The notes under the pieces are model-generated. The model ran no database searches. It saw only the letters and a program-made list of their open reading frames with translations, and was not told the DNA's origin. The position numbers and the translations under genes were made by a program. 64,000 nucleotides of DNA from positions 32,001 through 96,000 of the forward strand of contig JASGJN010000012.1 of the NCBI GenBank assembly GCA_049840735.1. Reading direction: 5' to 3'. This DNA is from Anaeromyxobacter sp. Lineage in GTDB: Bacteria; Myxococcota; Myxococcia; Myxococcales; Anaeromyxobacteraceae. Positions 45,808 through 56,580 of this stretch are shown piece by piece (position 1 is the first letter of the stretch; the number at the start of each line of letters is the position of its first letter).

Positions 45808-47376
45808 ATGCTCGATCGTCTTCGTGCCGGCAAGCAGGGCATCCTGGCCTGGCTCGTCATCGGCGGCATCATCGTCACCTTCGTCCTGTTCTTCGGCCCT
45901 GGCTCGTTCGGCAAGGATTCCGCCGCCTGTGGCGGTGGGCCGGCCTACGCCGCGCGGGTGAACGGCCGGACCGTCCAGGTGGAGGCCTACTCCCGCCGCT
46001 ACGACGCCCTGTTCCGCATGGCCGACCGGCAGTTCGGCGGCAGGCTGACCCGGGATCTGGCCGACCAGATCGGCCTCAACAAGCAGGCCATGGACGCCGT
46101 GGTGGACGAGGAGCTCCTGTCGCAGGAGGCCGAGCGCCGCGGCATCCAGGTGACCGACGAGGAGCTCGGGCAGGTCATCGGCGCCGACCCCACCTTCCAG
46201 GAGAACGGCGCCTACAGCCCCGACGCGTACCGCCGGTGGGCCGACGAGAACTACGGCTCCCGCGCCCGCTTCGAGACCATCCTGCGGGCCCAGCTGCTCT
46301 CCCAGAAGCTCGAGGCCGCCTTCGAGGAGACGGTGAAGGTCTCCCCGACGGAGGTGCGTGAGCGGTGGGAGATGTACTCCAACCGCGCCGAGCTGACCTA
46401 CGTGCTCTTCCCGACCACCGGCGCCCGCGGCGACGTGAAGGTGACGGACGAGGACGTGAAGGCGTTCCAGGGGCGCGAGGCGGCCCGCATCGAGGCCTTC
46501 TACAAGGAGCACCCGGAGCGCTTCGACCAGAAGAAGAAGGTCCGCGTCCGGCACGTGCTGGCCCGCATCGACGGCACGCAGGACGAGGCCGCGGCCCGCA
46601 AGAAGATCGACCAGGCCCATGAGCGGCTCGCCAAGGGCGAGGCCTTCGAGAAGGTGGCGGCGGCGCTGTCCGACGACACCAACACCAAGGATTGCGGCGG
46701 CGACCTGGGCCTGATCGCCGAAGGGCTGGCGGACGAGGCCTTCATGAAGGCGGCCCTGGCGCTCGAGCCCGGCAAGGTGTCGGACCCGGTCCGCACCGCC
46801 TTCGGCTGGGACGTGCTGCGGGTGGACGAGGTCATCCCGGCCCGCCAGCTCACGCTCGACCAGGCCCGCCCCGAGATTGCCCGCGAGCTGCTCACCGACG
46901 AGCGCGCCGCGGCGGTGGTGAAGGAGAAGGCCCAGGCCGCCCTGGCGGGCGCCAAGGGCGGCAAGGCCCTGACCGCGCTCTACCCCGCGGACGAGAAGGC
47001 GGCCCAGAAGCTGGGCGGCCAGCCGCTGGTGTCCAAGGACTCGGGCCAGTTCTCGACCGCCCTCCCCTACATCCCGGGCCTGGGCGAGCACGCCGACCTG
47101 GTCAAGGACGTGGCCGCCGCCAACGCCGGCGACGTGCTGCCCAAGGTCTACGAGACCCCCGCCGGCGCCCTCGTGGCCCAGGTCAAGACCCGCGAGCGGC
47201 CGGACCAGGCCAAGTTCGTGGAGGCCCAGCCCCAGGTGACGCTGCGGCTGCGCGAGGAGAAGGCCGGCCAGCTGCGCCGCGCCTGGCTGCAGGAGCTGCG
47301 CGCCAAGGCCACCATCGACGAGAACCCGCAGCTGGTGGCCGCCGCGGCGCCCGTCCAGCCGCCCGTCGAGCAGTAG
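45808..47376 (+). CDS. ppiD: PpiD-like SurA-N/parvulin chaperone
   Basis: N-terminal TM, VRHVL, GGDLG, VS.PVRT.FG. Confidence 0.85.
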   Translation: MLDRLRAGKQGILAWLVIGGIIVTFVLFFGPGSFGKDSAACGGGPAYAARVNGRTVQVEAYSRRYDALFRMADRQFGGRLTRDLADQIGLNKQAMDAVVDEELLSQEAERRGIQVTDEELGQVIGADPTFQENGAYSPDAYRRWADENYGSRARFETILRAQLLSQKLEAAFEETVKVSPTEVRERWEMYSNRAELTYVLFPTTGARGDVKVTDEDVKAFQGREAARIEAFYKEHPERFDQKKKVRVRHVLARIDGTQDEAAARKKIDQAHERLAKGEAFEKVAAALSDDTNTKDCGGDLGLIAEGLADEAFMKAALALEPGKVSDPVRTAFGWDVLRVDEVIPARQLTLDQARPEIARELLTDERAAAVVKEKAQAALAGAKGGKALTALYPADEKAAQKLGGQPLVSKDSGQFSTALPYIPGLGEHADLVKDVAAANAGDVLPKVYETPAGALVAQVKTRERPDQAKFVEAQPQVTLRLREEKAGQLRRAWLQELRAKATIDENPQLVAAAAPVQPPVEQ

Positions 47377-47390
47377 CGGTCGCCGCCGGC

Positions 47391-47972
47391 ATGCCGCAGC
47401 TCGTCCTCGCCTCCCAGAGCCCGCGCCGCCGTGCGCTGCTCGAGGGGCTGGGGATCGCCCTGGAGGTCCGTCCGGCCGAGACCGACGAGTCGGTCCGGCC
47501 GGGCGAGCCGCCCCGCGAGTACGTGCGGCGGGTGGCCCGCGAGAAGGCCCGCGCCGTGGCCGGGGCGGTGGTGCTGGCCGCCGACACCTCGGTGGTGCTG
47601 GGGCAGGAGATCCTGGGGAAGCCGGCAGACGGGCCCGACGCGGCCCGCATGCTGCGGGCCCTCTCCGGCACCCGGCACGAGGTGCTGACCGCGGTGTGCG
47701 TGCGCAGCCAGGGCCCCGCCGGCCCGCGCGAGCACGAGGCGCTGGTCGCCACCGAGGTCCGCTTCCGCCCCCTCACCGCGGGCGAGATCGCCTGGTACGT
47801 CGCCACCGGCGAGCCGCTCGACAAGGCCGGCGCCTACGCCCTGCAGGGCGCGGGCGGCGCCTTCGTCGAGGGGGTCACCGGCAGCGTCTCGGGCGTGGTG
47901 GGGCTGCCGGTGGCCGAGACGCTGGCGCTGCTCGCGGCGGCCGGGTTCCGGCTGCCCTGGGAGGCGCCGTGA
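47391..47972 (+). CDS. maf: Maf-family nucleoside triphosphate pyrophosphatase
   Basis: [24 protein letters not shown]. Confidence 0.93.
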   Translation: MPQLVLASQSPRRRALLEGLGIALEVRPAETDESVRPGEPPREYVRRVAREKARAVAGAVVLAADTSVVLGQEILGKPADGPDAARMLRALSGTRHEVLTAVCVRSQGPAGPREHEALVATEVRFRPLTAGEIAWYVATGEPLDKAGAYALQGAGGAFVEGVTGSVSGVVGLPVAETLALLAAAGFRLPWEAP

Positions 47973-48611
47973 GCATCACCGAGAGCGTGCGCGCGCTGCG
48001 CGGCGCCCTGCCGCCCGGGGTGACGCTGGTGGCGGTTCTCGAAGACCCAGCCGGTGGAGGCCATCCGCGAGGCCTACGCGGCCGGGCAGCGGGACTTCGG
48101 CGAGAACTACGCGCAGGAGTGGCGGGCCAAGGCGGACGCGCTGGCCGACCTCGCCGACCTGCGCTGGCACTTCATCGGCGGCCTGCAGACCAACAAGGCC
48201 AAGTACCTGGCCGGGCGCGCCGCCTACGTCCACACCGTGGACCGCGAGGAGCTGGCCCGCGAGCTGTCGCGCCAGCTGGTGAAGCGGGGCGCCACCGCCC
48301 GGGTGTTCCTGGAGGTGAACGTGGGCGGGGAGGCCTCCAAGGAAGGCTGCGCGCCGGAGGCGGTGCCGGCGCTGGCCGCCGGGGTGGCGGAGCTGCCCGG
48401 GCTGGAGCTCGTCGGGCTCATGTGCATCCCGCCCTCCGACCAGGACCCGCGCCCGCACTTCCAGGCGCTGCGGCGGCTCGGCGACCAGCTCGGGCTGCGC
48501 GAGCTGTCGATGGGCATGAGCGGCGACTGGCGGATCGCGGTCGAGGAGGGCTCGACCTTCGTCCGCGTGGGGACGGCGCTCTTCGGCGCGCGGGCGCCGA
48601 AGGCGCCGTAG
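47969..48611 (+). CDS. yggS: PLP homeostasis protein YggS (frameshift about 48036)
   Basis: LVAV-SKT, FGENY.QE, WHFIG.LQ.NK, LSMGMS.D, VRVGT.LFG. Confidence 0.93.
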
Positions 48612-48643
48612 GCGCGGGCCTGCTCGAGGCCTGGCGCCTCTCC

Positions 48644-48865
48644 TCAGACCACCTTCAGCTTCAGCCGCCCCGAGTCCGTCACCTCGGCCCGGAACTCCTG
48701 CCCGCAGTAGTAGCAGCGGACCTCGTCGCCGTGGCCGAACCGGTCGTCGTAGGGGTTGTTGGCGGAGCACTCGGGACAGTCGAAGTCGGCGAAGCGGCGT
48801 GCGCGCCCCAAGTCCTCCCCGCTCGTCGACTTGTCGTCGTCGTCGTAGCCCGGATCCATCGGCAT
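48644..48865 (-). CDS. Small zinc-ribbon protein
   Basis: CPEC...CYYC, 73 aa, GGAG RBS. Confidence 0.7.
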   Translation of the reverse strand: MPMDPGYDDDDKSTSGEDLGRARRFADFDCPECSANNPYDDRFGHGDEVRCYYCGQEFRAEVTDSGRLKLKVV

Positions 48866-49046
48866 GGCTTGGCTCCCCGGCCCCGCCCGGGCGGGACCGG
48901 GTGGAGCGTACCAGAAGAGGCCGCGGCGCGCCCGCGGCCCCGGGGCGGCGGCCCGGGCGGTGGTTGCGCCTCCGCCGCGGGCGCCGAAGCGTGTGGACGC
49001 CGGGCGAACCGGCGCCCACCGTCGGGTCCGGCGGGGAGGACGTCGG

Positions 49047-49799
49047 ATGACCCGTGCGGCGCTGATGGTTGCCTCGATCGCCCTCTCGCTCCCCGCGCTG
49101 GCGGCGCCGCCCGCCGGCTTCGCCCCCGGCGAGGAGACGGTGTTCCGGGTCCGCTGGCTGGGGATCCCCACCGGCGAGGGGCGGATGCTGGTGGGGCAGC
49201 CCCAGGGCGACGTCTGGCCGGTGATCGTGCAGGGGCGCACCGCCGGCCTGGCCACCGTCGTGAGCGTGCGCGAGCACCTCGTCACCTACTGGGACGCCCC
49301 GGCCGCGCTGGCCCGCGGCTCGGAGCTGTGGGCCAGGGAGCCGGGGGACGAGCACCGGGACCGGACCTGGTTCGACCGGGCCGCCGGCACGGCCACCGTC
49401 ACGGTGCAGCGCAACGGCCGCCAGGACGCCCGCACGGCGGAGGTGCCGCCGGACACGCAGGACCTCACCGGCGCGGTGCTGTGGCTGCGGCTGCAGCCGC
49501 TCGAGGTGGGGCAGGAGCTGGAGGTGCCGGTGCTGGCCGGCACCCGCCACTTCCGGCTGCGGGCGCGGGTGGTGGCGCGCGAGCAGGTCTCGACGCCGGC
49601 CGGCACCTTCCCGACCTTCAAGCTGGAGGTGCGGACCGCGCTGGACGGGGCCTTCTCGACGCGGCGCGACTCGACGCTCTGGCTGGCCGACGACCCGAGC
49701 CGCTTCCTGGTCAAGGCCAGCGCCGAGTTCGCGCTGGGCAGCGTGGTGGCCGAGCTGGAGCGCTACCGGCCGGGCACGCGGGTGGCGCGGGCGGACTAG
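49047..49799 (+). CDS. DUF3108-family secreted protein
   Basis: Signal peptide, F.PGE, TQD, E.V.TPAG.F. Confidence 0.8.
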   Translation: MTRAALMVASIALSLPALAAPPAGFAPGEETVFRVRWLGIPTGEGRMLVGQPQGDVWPVIVQGRTAGLATVVSVREHLVTYWDAPAALARGSELWAREPGDEHRDRTWFDRAAGTATVTVQRNGRQDARTAEVPPDTQDLTGAVLWLRLQPLEVGQELEVPVLAGTRHFRLRARVVAREQVSTPAGTFPTFKLEVRTALDGAFSTRRDSTLWLADDPSRFLVKASAEFALGSVVAELERYRPGTRVARAD

Positions 49800-49803
49800 C
49801 GCC

Positions 49804-51478
49804 GTGGCCGCCTCCCTCCCCGCCGCGCTGGCGCTGCTGCTCGCCGCTGCCGGCGGCGCGCCACCGGCGCGCGGCGTGGCCGGCGTGGCCAGCTCGCTGG
49901 AGAAGCTGCGCCCCTCGGATCCGCTCCCGCCCGGCCGCGCGATCGCGCTGGCGGCGGCGCGCGGCGAGTGCGAGGCGGCCCAGGTGGCGGTGCGGACGCC
50001 GCAGGGGCTGCGGGCGCTCTCGGCGGAGGCAGCGCCGCTGCGCGGGCGCGGCGCGGCCCGCCTCCCGGTGGCCCTCTACCGCGTGGCGACGGTGCCGCTG
50101 GCGCGCCCCTCCGGGCCGGACGGCGAGGCGGGCGAGTGGCCGGACCCGCTGGTGCCGGTCCGCGATCGGACTTCGGCGAGGCGCGCCGCGCCTTCCCGGT
50201 GGCGGTCGCGCCCGGCCGGCTGCAGGCCGTCTGGGTGGAGCTGTGCGTGCCCGGGGAGACGCCGCCGGGCAGCTACCGCGGAAGGGTCCTGCTCAGCGAG
50301 GCGGGGCGGGCGCTGGCCGAGGTGCCGGTGACGCTGGAGGTCTGGCCGCTCACGCTGCCGCGCACGCCCACCTTCGCGGCGCCGTTCGGCCTCTCGACGC
50401 GGCTGGGCACGCGGGCGCTGGGGCGGCCGGACGATCCGGCGCTGGCCCGGGCGCTGGCCGCCGCCGCGCTGCGCCACCGCCTCTCGCCCTTCACGCTCTC
50501 GGCCGACCCGCCGGACGGACAGTGCACGGCCGAGCGGTGCGCGCTGGACTGGACCGCCCTCGACCGCGAGCTGGCACCGGTGCTGGACGGCACGCTGGTG
50601 CCGGGGGTGAAGGGGCTGTTCGCGGAGGTGCGCATCCCCGGGAGCGTCTGGTCCGGCCCGGAGGCCGACCTGGCCGCCACGCTGCGCGCCTGGCGGGCCC
50701 ACTTCCAGGCCCGCGGGTGGGCCGACAGGCTCTGGCTCTACACGCTTGACGAGCCCCGCCCCGACCAGCTGCCGGAGCTGGCGCGCCGGGCCCGGCTCGC
50801 GCACGCGGCGGGGATCCGCGTGCTGGCCACCACCACGCCGCAGCCGGCGCTGGACGGGCTGGTGGACGCCTACGCGCCGGTGCTCAACGCGCTGCCGGAC
50901 GGCGCCCGCCCGCCGCGCGGCGTGGCGCTCTCCTACGCCTCGTGCATGAGCCACGGCTGCGCCGAGCTGCCGGACCTCGACGGGCCGCAGCTGCGGGCCA
51001 TGCGGCAGGCGTTCTCGGGGTGGCCCGGCTACGAGATTGACCGCCCCGGGACGGCGGCCCGGGCCATGGCCTGGCTGGCCTGGCGCCGCGGCCTGTCGGG
51101 CGAGCTCTACTACGATATGCTCCAGGCGTGGACTGGCGACCCCTGGACCGACCCGCGGCGCTTCGCCGGCAACGGCGACGGGACCCTGCTCTATCCGGGC
51201 CGGACGGCCGAGCTGGGGGGCCAGCACCCGTTCCCGGTGGAGTCGATCCGGCTGAAGCTGATCCGCGACGGGCTGGAGGACCTGGAGCTGCTCCGGCTGG
51301 CGGAGCGCGCCGGGCTGGACGGGCTGGCCGACGCCCGGGCCGGCGCGCTGGTGCCGACGGCGCGGCGATGGGAGCGCGCGCCAGGGCCGTGGCTGGAGGC
51401 GCGGCGCCAGCTGGCCGAGGCGCTGGTCCGGCGGCTGGCCGGGCCGCGCGGACGGCGCGGACGCGGGGGCGCCGGTGA
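49804..51478 (+). CDS. Second DUF4091/GH123-like protein (frameshift about 50168; 3' end approximate)
   Basis: AARGE.EA.Q, WPDPL.P, Y.SCMSHGC, GWP.Y.ID, GNGDGTL.YPG, SIRLK.IRDG.ED. Confidence 0.8.
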
Positions 51479-52239
51479 TCGCCGCCCTGCTCGCGCTCGC
51501 CGCCGCCGCGCCGCCCGCCTGCGGGGCGCCGCCGCTGGCCGACGGACCGCGCCCGTGGGCCACCGGTGAGCGGACCACCTACGACCTGGACCTGCTCGGC
51601 GCGGTGCGGGCCGGGACGCTCGAGCTCTCGGTGGAGCCCCCCGTGGCCTCGGGGCAGGTGATCCCGCTCCGCGCCCGCGCCCGCACCGACGCCTCGGTGG
51701 CCGCGTTCAAGCGGGTGGTGGCGGTCAGCTACTCCTGGGTGGACGCGCGCACCCTGCTGCCGGAGCGGTTCCGCGAGGAGGCCAGCGAGGACGGCACGCA
51801 CAAGCTCTCCGACGCACGCATGGCCAGGGGCGAGCCGGAGCTGGTGCTGCAGCACGAGTCGGGTCGCCAGCGCAGCACCCGCCGCGTGGCCCGCCAGGGC
51901 GCGGCGCTGGACGCGGTCTCGGGGCTGTTCCTGCTGCGCGCCGCGAAGCTCACGCCGGGCGAGCGGTACTGCTTCGACCTGGTGGCGCGCGGGCGCGTGT
52001 GGCGCATCCAGGGCGGCGTGGCCGCCCGGACGGAGAAGGTGGACACGCCGGTGGGGCGGCTGGAGACGGTGCGGGTGGACGGGACCGCCGTGGCCGCCGA
52101 CGGTCCGGACGAGAAGCCGGCCGAGATCCACCTGTGGATCTCCACCGATCCGCGGCGGCTCCTGGTGGCGGTGGTGGCGGTGATCGACGCGGGCCCGGTG
52201 CGGGCCATGCTCACCGGGGTGGACCGCCCGCAGCGCTGA
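51475..52239 (+). CDS. DUF3108-family secreted protein
   Basis: W..GE...Y, LD..S, E.V.TP.G, LWIS.D. Confidence 0.75.
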   Translation: MIAALLALAAAAPPACGAPPLADGPRPWATGERTTYDLDLLGAVRAGTLELSVEPPVASGQVIPLRARARTDASVAAFKRVVAVSYSWVDARTLLPERFREEASEDGTHKLSDARMARGEPELVLQHESGRQRSTRRVARQGAALDAVSGLFLLRAAKLTPGERYCFDLVARGRVWRIQGGVAARTEKVDTPVGRLETVRVDGTAVAADGPDEKPAEIHLWISTDPRRLLVAVVAVIDAGPVRAMLTGVDRPQR

Positions 52240-52250
52240 GGCGGCCGCCG

Positions 52251-52601
52251 CTACATGCGGGCGGCGACCTGCGCCAGCCGGCGCCGCGCGCTGGCCAGCA
52301 CGGTCTGCAGGTACTCGACCCGCTCGGACGGGCCGCCGCCGGTGACCAGCGACAGGAGCCGCTGCTGCGAGGGGCTGGCGTCGGCCAGGGCCGCCTCGAC
52401 GTTGGCGACGTAGGCGGCCACCGCGGCCAGCGCGGCGCGCGCCTCGCGCAGGTCGTCCTCGAGGAAGTCGAGCACCACGTGCTCGCGGGCGGTCGAGCCG
52501 GCCAGCCGCTCGCGCAGCTGGTCCACCGCGCCGGGGCCGGAGGGGGCCGGGGTCGCGGGGGCGAGGGCGATGCGGGCGAAGGCGGTGCGGGTGCGGCTCA
52601 T
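52251..52601 (-). CDS. Hypothetical helical protein
   Basis: MSRTRTAFARIAL...HVVLDFLEDDL; RBS. Confidence 0.6.
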   Translation of the reverse strand: MSRTRTAFARIALAPATPAPSGPGAVDQLRERLAGSTAREHVVLDFLEDDLREARAALAAVAAYVANVEAALADASPSQQRLLSLVTGGGPSERVEYLQTVLASARRRLAQVAARM

Positions 52602-53378
52602 GGCTTCCCTTTCCCCGCCTCGGCGGCGCGGCGGCAGGCGGTCTCCACGGCGGCGGCCACCCGGTCCGGCGGCAGCCCCTCGGCCAGCAGGTCGGCGATT
52701 CTCGCGGCCCGCGGCGGCCACGCCCTCGGGCCCGGGCTGGCCGCGGGCGGCGGCCAGCCGCTCCGCCAGCAGCGCGGCGCGCGGGTCGAGGCGCGGCGCG
52801 CGATCGGTCCGCTGCGGACGGGCGGCGCGCGGGCCGGCCCGGACGGCCGGGGCCACCGGGTCGGGCGCGGGGCTCGCGGCCGGCGCGCCGGCCTCGGCGG
52901 GGAGGACGGCGCGGCCCAGCAGCACCTCGTCGCCCACCGCCTCGCCGGCCGCCTCGCTGGGCAGGAACACGCGCCAGAGCGTGCCGCGGTTGTCGCGGTG
53001 TAGCGGGCGCGCGAAGCCCTTGGCGACGAGGGCGTCCAGGACGCGGAGCAGCCGGCGCTCGGAGAGGCGCAGCCGGGCCATCAGGTCGCGCTTGCCGGCG
53101 CGGCACCAGTTGCGCCCCTCGCCACAGGAGAGGCGCAGCAGCTGGAGGTAGGCCGCCTGCTCCTCGATCTCGAGCTGGGCTGCGGCCTGGTCGAAGGCGT
53201 CGAGGGGGATGGGGGCAAAGCCGGCGCGGACCCGGACCGCCCCCAGGAGCTCGCCGGCGTAGGGCAGCCGCCGCATCTCGCCGGGCCGGAGAGCCTCCGG
53301 AGGCAGCGGCGCCACGGCCTGGGTGGCCAGCGCGGCGCTGCCCCGGATCCCGTGATGATGACCGCCCTGCCCCGCCAT
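52598..53378 (-). CDS. Hypothetical winged-helix-like protein (frameshift about 52699)
   Basis: YLQLLRLS.G...C......L..RL.LS.R.L.R.L..LV.KG pattern. Confidence 0.55.
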
Positions 53379-53458
53379 CGCCCGCACCCTCCGCTCCAGC
53401 CTGGCAGGGTAATCGCGTGATATCGGGGGTCAACTTTCCAGCCGCCTCCACAAACGCA

Positions 53459-53484
53459 GACGGCCCGCCGGGAGGCGGGCCGTC
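53459..53484 (-). terminator. Intrinsic terminator-like hairpin after DUF507 gene
   Basis: GACGGCCCGCC-GGGA-GGCGGGCCGTC followed by TGCGTTTGT on minus strand. Confidence 0.6.
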
Positions 53485-53509
53485 GGGGCTGCAGCGCGGC
53501 TGGGGCGCG

Positions 53510-54028
53510 CTAGATGAGCCCGCGCGAGCGGCGCAGCAGCTCGACCGTCTTCTGGTACTCGATGTCCCAGGCGCTGGTCCCCTCCTGCAGGTGCTTCAGG
53601 CGGGCGCGCGCCTCGCGGTCGATTCTCCTCGTCCACGTCCAGGTGCTTCTTGAAGATTCGGAAGACCTTCTTCCGGAGCACGTGGTCCTCGGAGAAGACC
53701 TCCTCCACGTTGCGGGAGATGAGCAGGAACTCGATCATCTGGCCGATGACGTACTCGATCCCCTCGTCGCCCATCTTGAAGCCGCGGACGTCCGCCATCT
53801 CGCGCTTCACCTGGTTGAACCGGGAGTGATCGACCCGCGCCGCTCCAGGGCCTCGCGCGTGGCGGCGTTCACCCGCTCCTCCGCGGCGAGGTACTCCTTC
53901 ATGATGGCCGCCATGTCCATCTCGGCGTCCGCGATGCGCAGGGTCTCGATCTCGACGTCACCGTCCTGCATGAGCGTCTGGATCACCTCGCGGGCGATCG
54001 TCGGGATGACCTTCGGGTAGAGCCGCAT
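53510..54028 (-). CDS. DUF507-family protein (frameshifts)
   Basis: MRLYPK.IP.IA.E...VEEV..ED..LR...EG...W.IEY.K. Confidence 0.8.
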
Positions 54029-54365
54029 GGAGTGTGTTCCCTCGCCCTTGCGCCGCGGGATTGCCGAGGCGAAGTGCCGGTGCGAAGCCCGCGGAAATCG
54101 AAAGGTAACGCCCTATAAACCCCGCCTGCACGGGAGGGCAAGCGAAAACGTCCTTCATTACGCATGTTCCGTGCCGAGGCCGGCGGGCGCATCAGCCCCC
54201 GTGGGCACGGCCCCTCCGGGAGCCCGGGGCACGGTGGGTCGCACGCACGGTGCGTATGAGTCGACCCGGGGCCGCGCCCGTCCCACCCAGCCCTCGACGC
54301 GACGGGGCGGCGCCCTCCCGGACGTCGCCCATCACGCGGCCCCGCCCGGCGGGGCCCGCCGGTCG

Positions 54366-55286
54366 TCAGCCGGCGAAGATCTTCATCACCGCGTCGAGCA
54401 GCGCCAGCGCCTCGGCCTTGGGGCGCTGGAAGGCGTTGCGGCCCATGATGGACCCGAAGGCGCCGCCCTCCTTGAGGCCGCGGACCTCCTCCAGCACGGC
54501 CTCGGTCCCCTTGGCCTCACCGCCGGAGAAGATCACGATGCGCTTGCCGTTGAAGGCGCCCTGCACCACGTGGCGGACGCGCTCGGGCAGCGTGCCCATG
54601 GGGATCTTCGAGCTCCTCGTAGACCTTCTTCGCCTCGGCGTTCTCCAGCAGCGCCTTGGGGGGCTTCACCTTGATGATGTGCGCGCCCATCTGGGCGGCG
54701 ATCTGCGCGGCGTAGGCGCTGATGTCGAGGGCCTGCTCGCCCTCCTTCGAGATGCCGCTGCCGCGGGGATAGCTCCACACCACCACCACCAGGCCATTCG
54801 CCTTGGCCTCCTCGGTGAGCTCGCGCAGGTGCTCGAGCTGCGTGTTGCGGGCGTCCGAGCCGGGGTAGATGGTGTAGCCGACGGCGGCGCAGCCGAGCCG
54901 CACGGCCTCGCGCACCGTGCTGGTGACGGCGGAGATGGCGCGCCGCCCAGCTTCGAGAGCGAGTCGGAGTTGTTGACCTTCAGGATGAGCGGGATCTGCC
55001 CGGCGTAGCGCGCCGCCACCGCCTCGATGAAGCCGAGCGGCGCCGCGTACGCGTTGCAGCCGGCCTCGATGGCGAGCTGCACGTGGTACTCGGGATCATA
55101 GCCGGCCGGGTTCTTGGCGAACGAGCGGCCAGGGCCGTGCTCGAAGCCCTGGTCGACGGGCAGGATCACCAGCTTGCCGGTGCCGGCCAGCTTGCCGGTG
55201 TTGAGCAGCCGGTACAGGTTGGCCCGGGTTCCGGGGGTGTCGGCCTCGTACCAGGACAGGATCTGCTTCACGCGGTCCGTCATCAT
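54366..55286 (-). CDS. fbaB: Class I fructose-bisphosphate aldolase (frameshifts about 54940 and 54610)
   Basis: ILPVDQGFEHGP, YAAPLG, GYTIYPGS, WSYPRG, GAHIIKVK, IMGRNAFQRP. Confidence 0.93.
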
Positions 55287-55487
55287 GAGGGCCCCTCCTA
55301 TCGGGTGCACGTCGCGTCCGAGGTCGCTGGACGACCCGTCGCTCGGGCGGTGCACTTGCCGCTGTCTTAGGCCGTGCGCCGCGCGCGGCAATGGGAAAAG
55401 CCGGGCGTGCGCCCGCGTGCCACGGACGCGTGGCGCGCGGCGCCGGGCCTGCGCAGCTTCAGGGCATACCCTAAAAGGAAGGTGCCC

Positions 55488-55787
55488 ATGGCCCGTGGTT
55501 TCGGCGAACCGCCAGAGCGCAGCCCGGCGGCGATCCTGTCCGAGGTGGAGTACCCGATCTCGCGAGACGACCTGGCGACGGCGGCGGCGGAGGCGGGCGC
55601 GCCGGTCGACGCGATCGACTTCCTGCGCTCGCTGCCGGAGCGCACCTACCAGAGCCCGTCCGACGTGCTGCGCGAGTTCGGCGAGGGGAGCGCGCGGTTC
55701 GGCATGTTCTCGACCGACGTGCGCCACCGCGGCGACCTGGGGAAGGAGGCGGTGGAGACGGGGGACAATCCGACGCGGCATCCATAG
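55488..55787 (+). CDS. DUF2795-family small protein
   Basis: L..V.YP.S..DL...A...GA.......L..LP...Y.SP.DV. Confidence 0.7.
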   Translation: MARGFGEPPERSPAAILSEVEYPISRDDLATAAAEAGAPVDAIDFLRSLPERTYQSPSDVLREFGEGSARFGMFSTDVRHRGDLGKEAVETGDNPTRHP

Positions 55788-56556
55788 AACGGGGACTGCG
55801 TCCCCGCCCCGCCGGCAGAGCCGTCGGGGCCCCACCCCTGCTACGGCGGAGCCGAGCGCGCTGCGGCCTGACGGCCTTGCGCGCTATCCGCCGCCGAGGG
55901 GCTGCGCCCCTCCCCCAGCTGCGCTGGGGCCCCTACCCTGCGTTCCGTGCACGCGGTCTGCGTCGGGTAGGCGCTACCTGCGCCGCGGTATCACGGGCAC
56001 CGCGACGATCACCAACACCACGCCAGTGACTGGCGTCCCCGCCCCGCCGGCAGAGCCGTCGGGGCCCCACCCCTGCTACGGCGGAGCCGAGCGCGCTGCG
56101 GCCTGACGGCCTTGCGCGCTATCCGCCGCCGAGGGGCTGCGCCCCTCCCCCAGCTGCGCTGGGGCCCCTACCCTGCGTTCCGTGCACGCGATCTGCGTCG
56201 GGTAGGCGCTACCTGCGCCGCGGTATCACGGGCGCCGCGACGATCGCCAACATCACGCCAGTGACTGCGTCCCCGCCCCGCCGGCAGAGCCGTCGGGGCC
56301 CCACCCCTGCTACGGCGGAGCCGAGCGCGCTGCGGCCTGACGGCCTTGCGCGCTATCCGCCGCCGAGGGGCTGCGCCCCTCCCCCAGCTGCGCTGGGGCC
56401 CCTACCCTGCGTTCCGTGCACGCGGTCTGCGTCGGGTTGGCGCTACCTGCGCCGCGGTATCACGGGCGCCGCGACGATCGCCAACATCACGCCAGTGACC
56501 TCGTCCCCGCCCCGCCGGCAGAGCCGTCGGGGCCCGGAGCCGAGCGCGCTGCGGGC
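55788..56556. repeat. 234-bp tandem repeat x3.25 of the hairpin-rich family-B element
   Basis: Units start at 55794, 56028, 56263, 56497 (partial); few substitutions between units. Confidence 0.95.
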
Positions 56557-56580
56557 CTCCGTGAACAGGCCCCGGCCACG

